Source: a virus
IMG/VR virus record: IMGVR_UViG_3300026538_000054
Coordinates: 64,285-128,284 of that record
DNA length: 64,000 nt
Direction: 5' to 3' (one strand)
Part shown: positions 62,145 to 64,000 of the stretch, piece after piece
How the letters are laid out: each line of letters opens with the position of its first letter
Numbering within the stretch: the first letter of the stretch is position 1
Made by a program: the position numbers and the translations under genes
The notes under the pieces: generated by a model
Databases searched by the model: none
The model's input: the letters and a program-made list of their open reading frames with translations, nothing else
What the model was told of the DNA's origin: nothing

Positions 62145-64000
62145 ATGTCCGACGCCTTCGACCAGGCCCAGGCTCAGGCCGGCGCGACCGCCATGAGCTC
62201 CACGGAGACCATGGACGCGCTCAGGCCCGTGATCGTAGGGCCGCAAGCCGCTCTCTTCCGGAGAAACAACGCCACGGAGAAGGCCCTAAGCGCGCTGGGG
62301 CCTTATGTCTCCGGCTCCGACACCAACTACGACTGGCCCAACAAGCCTGCTGGCGCGGTAGTCGACCTGGCCACTGCGCGGCTCCACGTGGACAACGCGC
62401 TACTGCGATACTTCTCCGACTCCATCGGCGCAGGGGACACCATCGCGCCCGTGGCCAGCCAGGTCTCGCGGGTCAGGGCCGTCGCCACCAGGTGGAAGAC
62501 CGCCAACGGCTTCACGCGCACGGCCTCCCTGCTGGACCGTGACGTCAAGGTCGGCGACGCCGTCTATCTCTCTGACGGCTCGAACTCGCTATCTACCAGG
62601 GTGCATGACTTCGTGCCGGAAGTGATCGCCGCGAGCATCGCCGCCGCCACGGCCGACGCGGGCAACTCCGGTACGCAGGGCTCAAGCTCTTCCATCTCGC
62701 AGACCTCCGGGACGGTCAACGACGTTGTCGCTACGCGGTCCATCGCCGCCTACTCGGGGCTCAAGGACGGCGCGATCAACGAGACGTACACCATCATCGT
62801 CATCCAGGCCCCGACCACGCCGGGCGACGCCACGACGGCCCGTCTCTCCGTCACCAGCTCTTCCGGCCTTGATAATCAGGCGAGCGTCACGCCGGCCCTC
62901 TACGGCCGGCCCACGCCGATCGGCACCCGAGGCGCCACGGTCACCTTCTCGCACACGTCCAGCGACTTCGTGCTCGGGCAGACGTGGTCCTTCGTCATCG
63001 CCCAGGCCTTCACGGCGGTGACCGGCGCCTCGTCCGGGACGTATACGGGCGAGCAAAGTCTCTCGTACATCATCACGGTGACGCGCGGCGGTTACACCAA
63101 CGCCGCCAGCTCTCCCATCGCCAACCCGACCACGCAGGCGACCGTTGCCGTCACGGGCGGCGGCTCTTCGGGAGGCACGCTGCCTGCCGGGGCCTACTTC
63201 GTCAGCTACACCTTCAAGACCACGGAAGGAGAGACCACGGCGGGCACGTCGGAATCGGCGACGTTCACCGTTGCCAGCGGGAACATCCCGCGGGTCACCG
63301 TCCCTGCGCTGCCCAACGGCGCGGTGTCGATCAATATCTACCTCACCAACACCGCCGGCGGCACGGGCACGGAGAAGCTATACCGCCGGGACATCACCTC
63401 TACCACGGTCGACCTGACGGACAACGCCTGGGACGGCGGTACGTTCGCCAACAGCACGGCCCCGCCCGGCGCCAGCACCGCTCTGGTCGTGGCTCCGCAG
63501 GTGACGGCCGTGGACAGTACGGGCGTGGACGCCTCCGGCCCGACCGTGGTGCCCCTTTCAGGGGCGGTCTCCATCGGCTCCTTTGGCGTCGTGCTCACCT
63601 TCGCCCAGACCAAGATGCGCAAGGGCGACATCTTCCACGCCAACGCCACGGCGCAGACGCAAGGGGCCGTGCAGACCCTGGTGCTCGAGGACGCCTTGAG
63701 CACGGCCATGCAGGGCGCTTCGGACCTGACGATCAAGCTCTACATCAAGAAGGACTTCTTCGTCCCCGAGCAAAGGGCTGAGGCCGCGCCGGCCGTCAAC
63801 TGGTCGGTAAGCGCCACGCAAGTCACCGCCAAGGGCGTCATGACGGCCTTCGACTCCTCCTGGACGTCGGGCGGCTCGCAGGCGGCCTTGCCGGTCGAGA
63901 GCGGCGACCTTTTCGTGCAGTACCGGGCCTGGGTGGCTGACAACGCGGGTCAGGTGACGACGGTCAGCACTTCCACGGACCTTCTGGCCAAGCTCGGGAC
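62145..64000 (+). CDS. large Thr/Ala-rich structural protein, probable tail sheath (runs off the window end; absent from ORF track)
   Basis: AAGGGGGAG RBS; reads MSDAFDQ...LRPVIVGPQAALFR...YDWPNKPAGAVVD...; no stop seen; position after neck genes. Confidence 0.6.
   Translation, partial: MSDAFDQAQAQAGATAMSSTETMDALRPVIVGPQAALFRRNNATEKALSALGPYVSGSDTNYDWPNKPAGAVVDLATARLHVDNALLRYFSDSIGAGDTIAPVASQVSRVRAVATRWKTANGFTRTASLLDRDVKVGDAVYLSDGSNSLSTRVHDFVPEVIAASIAAATADAGNSGTQGSSSSISQTSGTVNDVVATRSIAAYSGLKDGAINETYTIIVIQAPTTPGDATTARLSVTSSSGLDNQASVTPALYGRPTPIGTRGATVTFSHTSSDFVLGQTWSFVIAQAFTAVTGASSGTYTGEQSLSYIITVTRGGYTNAASSPIANPTTQATVAVTGGGSSGGTLPAGAYFVSYTFKTTEGETTAGTSESATFTVASGNIPRVTVPALPNGAVSINIYLTNTAGGTGTEKLYRRDITSTTVDLTDNAWDGGTFANSTAPPGASTALVVAPQVTAVDSTGVDASGPTVVPLSGAVSIGSFGVVLTFAQTKMRKGDIFHANATAQTQGAVQTLVLEDALSTAMQGASDLTIKLYIKKDFFVPEQRAEAAPAVNWSVSATQVTAKGVMTAFDSSWTSGGSQAALPVESGDLFVQYRAWVADNAGQVTTVSTSTDLLAKLG

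Noticed and set aside
1-64000. Many long antisense or alternate-frame ORFs (e.g. 4751..5818, 7901..8821, 48932..50326, 54135..55445, 58991..60016)
   Set aside because: Shadow ORFs expected at high GC3; they overlap well-supported genes and have no recognisable motifs
1-64000. tRNA/rRNA genes and alternative genetic code
   Set aside because: No cloverleaf or rRNA signatures noticed; long genes are open in code 11 and all three stop codons are used

Overview
This 64-kb window looks like part of a large, high-GC tailed phage (jumbo-type, probably myovirus-like). It probably infects a planctomycete (Gemmataceae-like), inferred from TIGR02996-like genes and an 8-copy Gemmata-type paralogous family. 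It encodes its own multisubunit RNA polymerase in two pieces: a fused beta/beta'-N chain with a LAGLIDADG intein, and a separate beta'-C chain with two mini-inteins flanking the trigger loop. Also present are a minus-strand cassette of duplicated promoter and terminator units driving a Csx15-like (ring-nuclease family) gene; a long accessory region (GT32, DUF3307, pyrE, DHH phosphoesterase, HNH, papain-like and trypsin-like proteases); and a morphogenesis operon (K-x-A-rich virion proteins, intein-containing prohead protease, major capsid, neck, LamG protein, start of a probable tail sheath). The most unusual signal is a dispersed family of at least 17 copies of a 37-bp element that folds into a covarying H-type pseudoknot and resembles a Cas12m-type CRISPR repeat. 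It occurs as a degenerate mini-array and as solitary units just after stop codons, with no recognisable cas effector in the window. Other signals are a recurrent TTTTCCGGAAAA palindrome and AT-rich synonymous patches confined to the most conserved motifs of several genes. All calls were made by eye from motifs; no searches were run.
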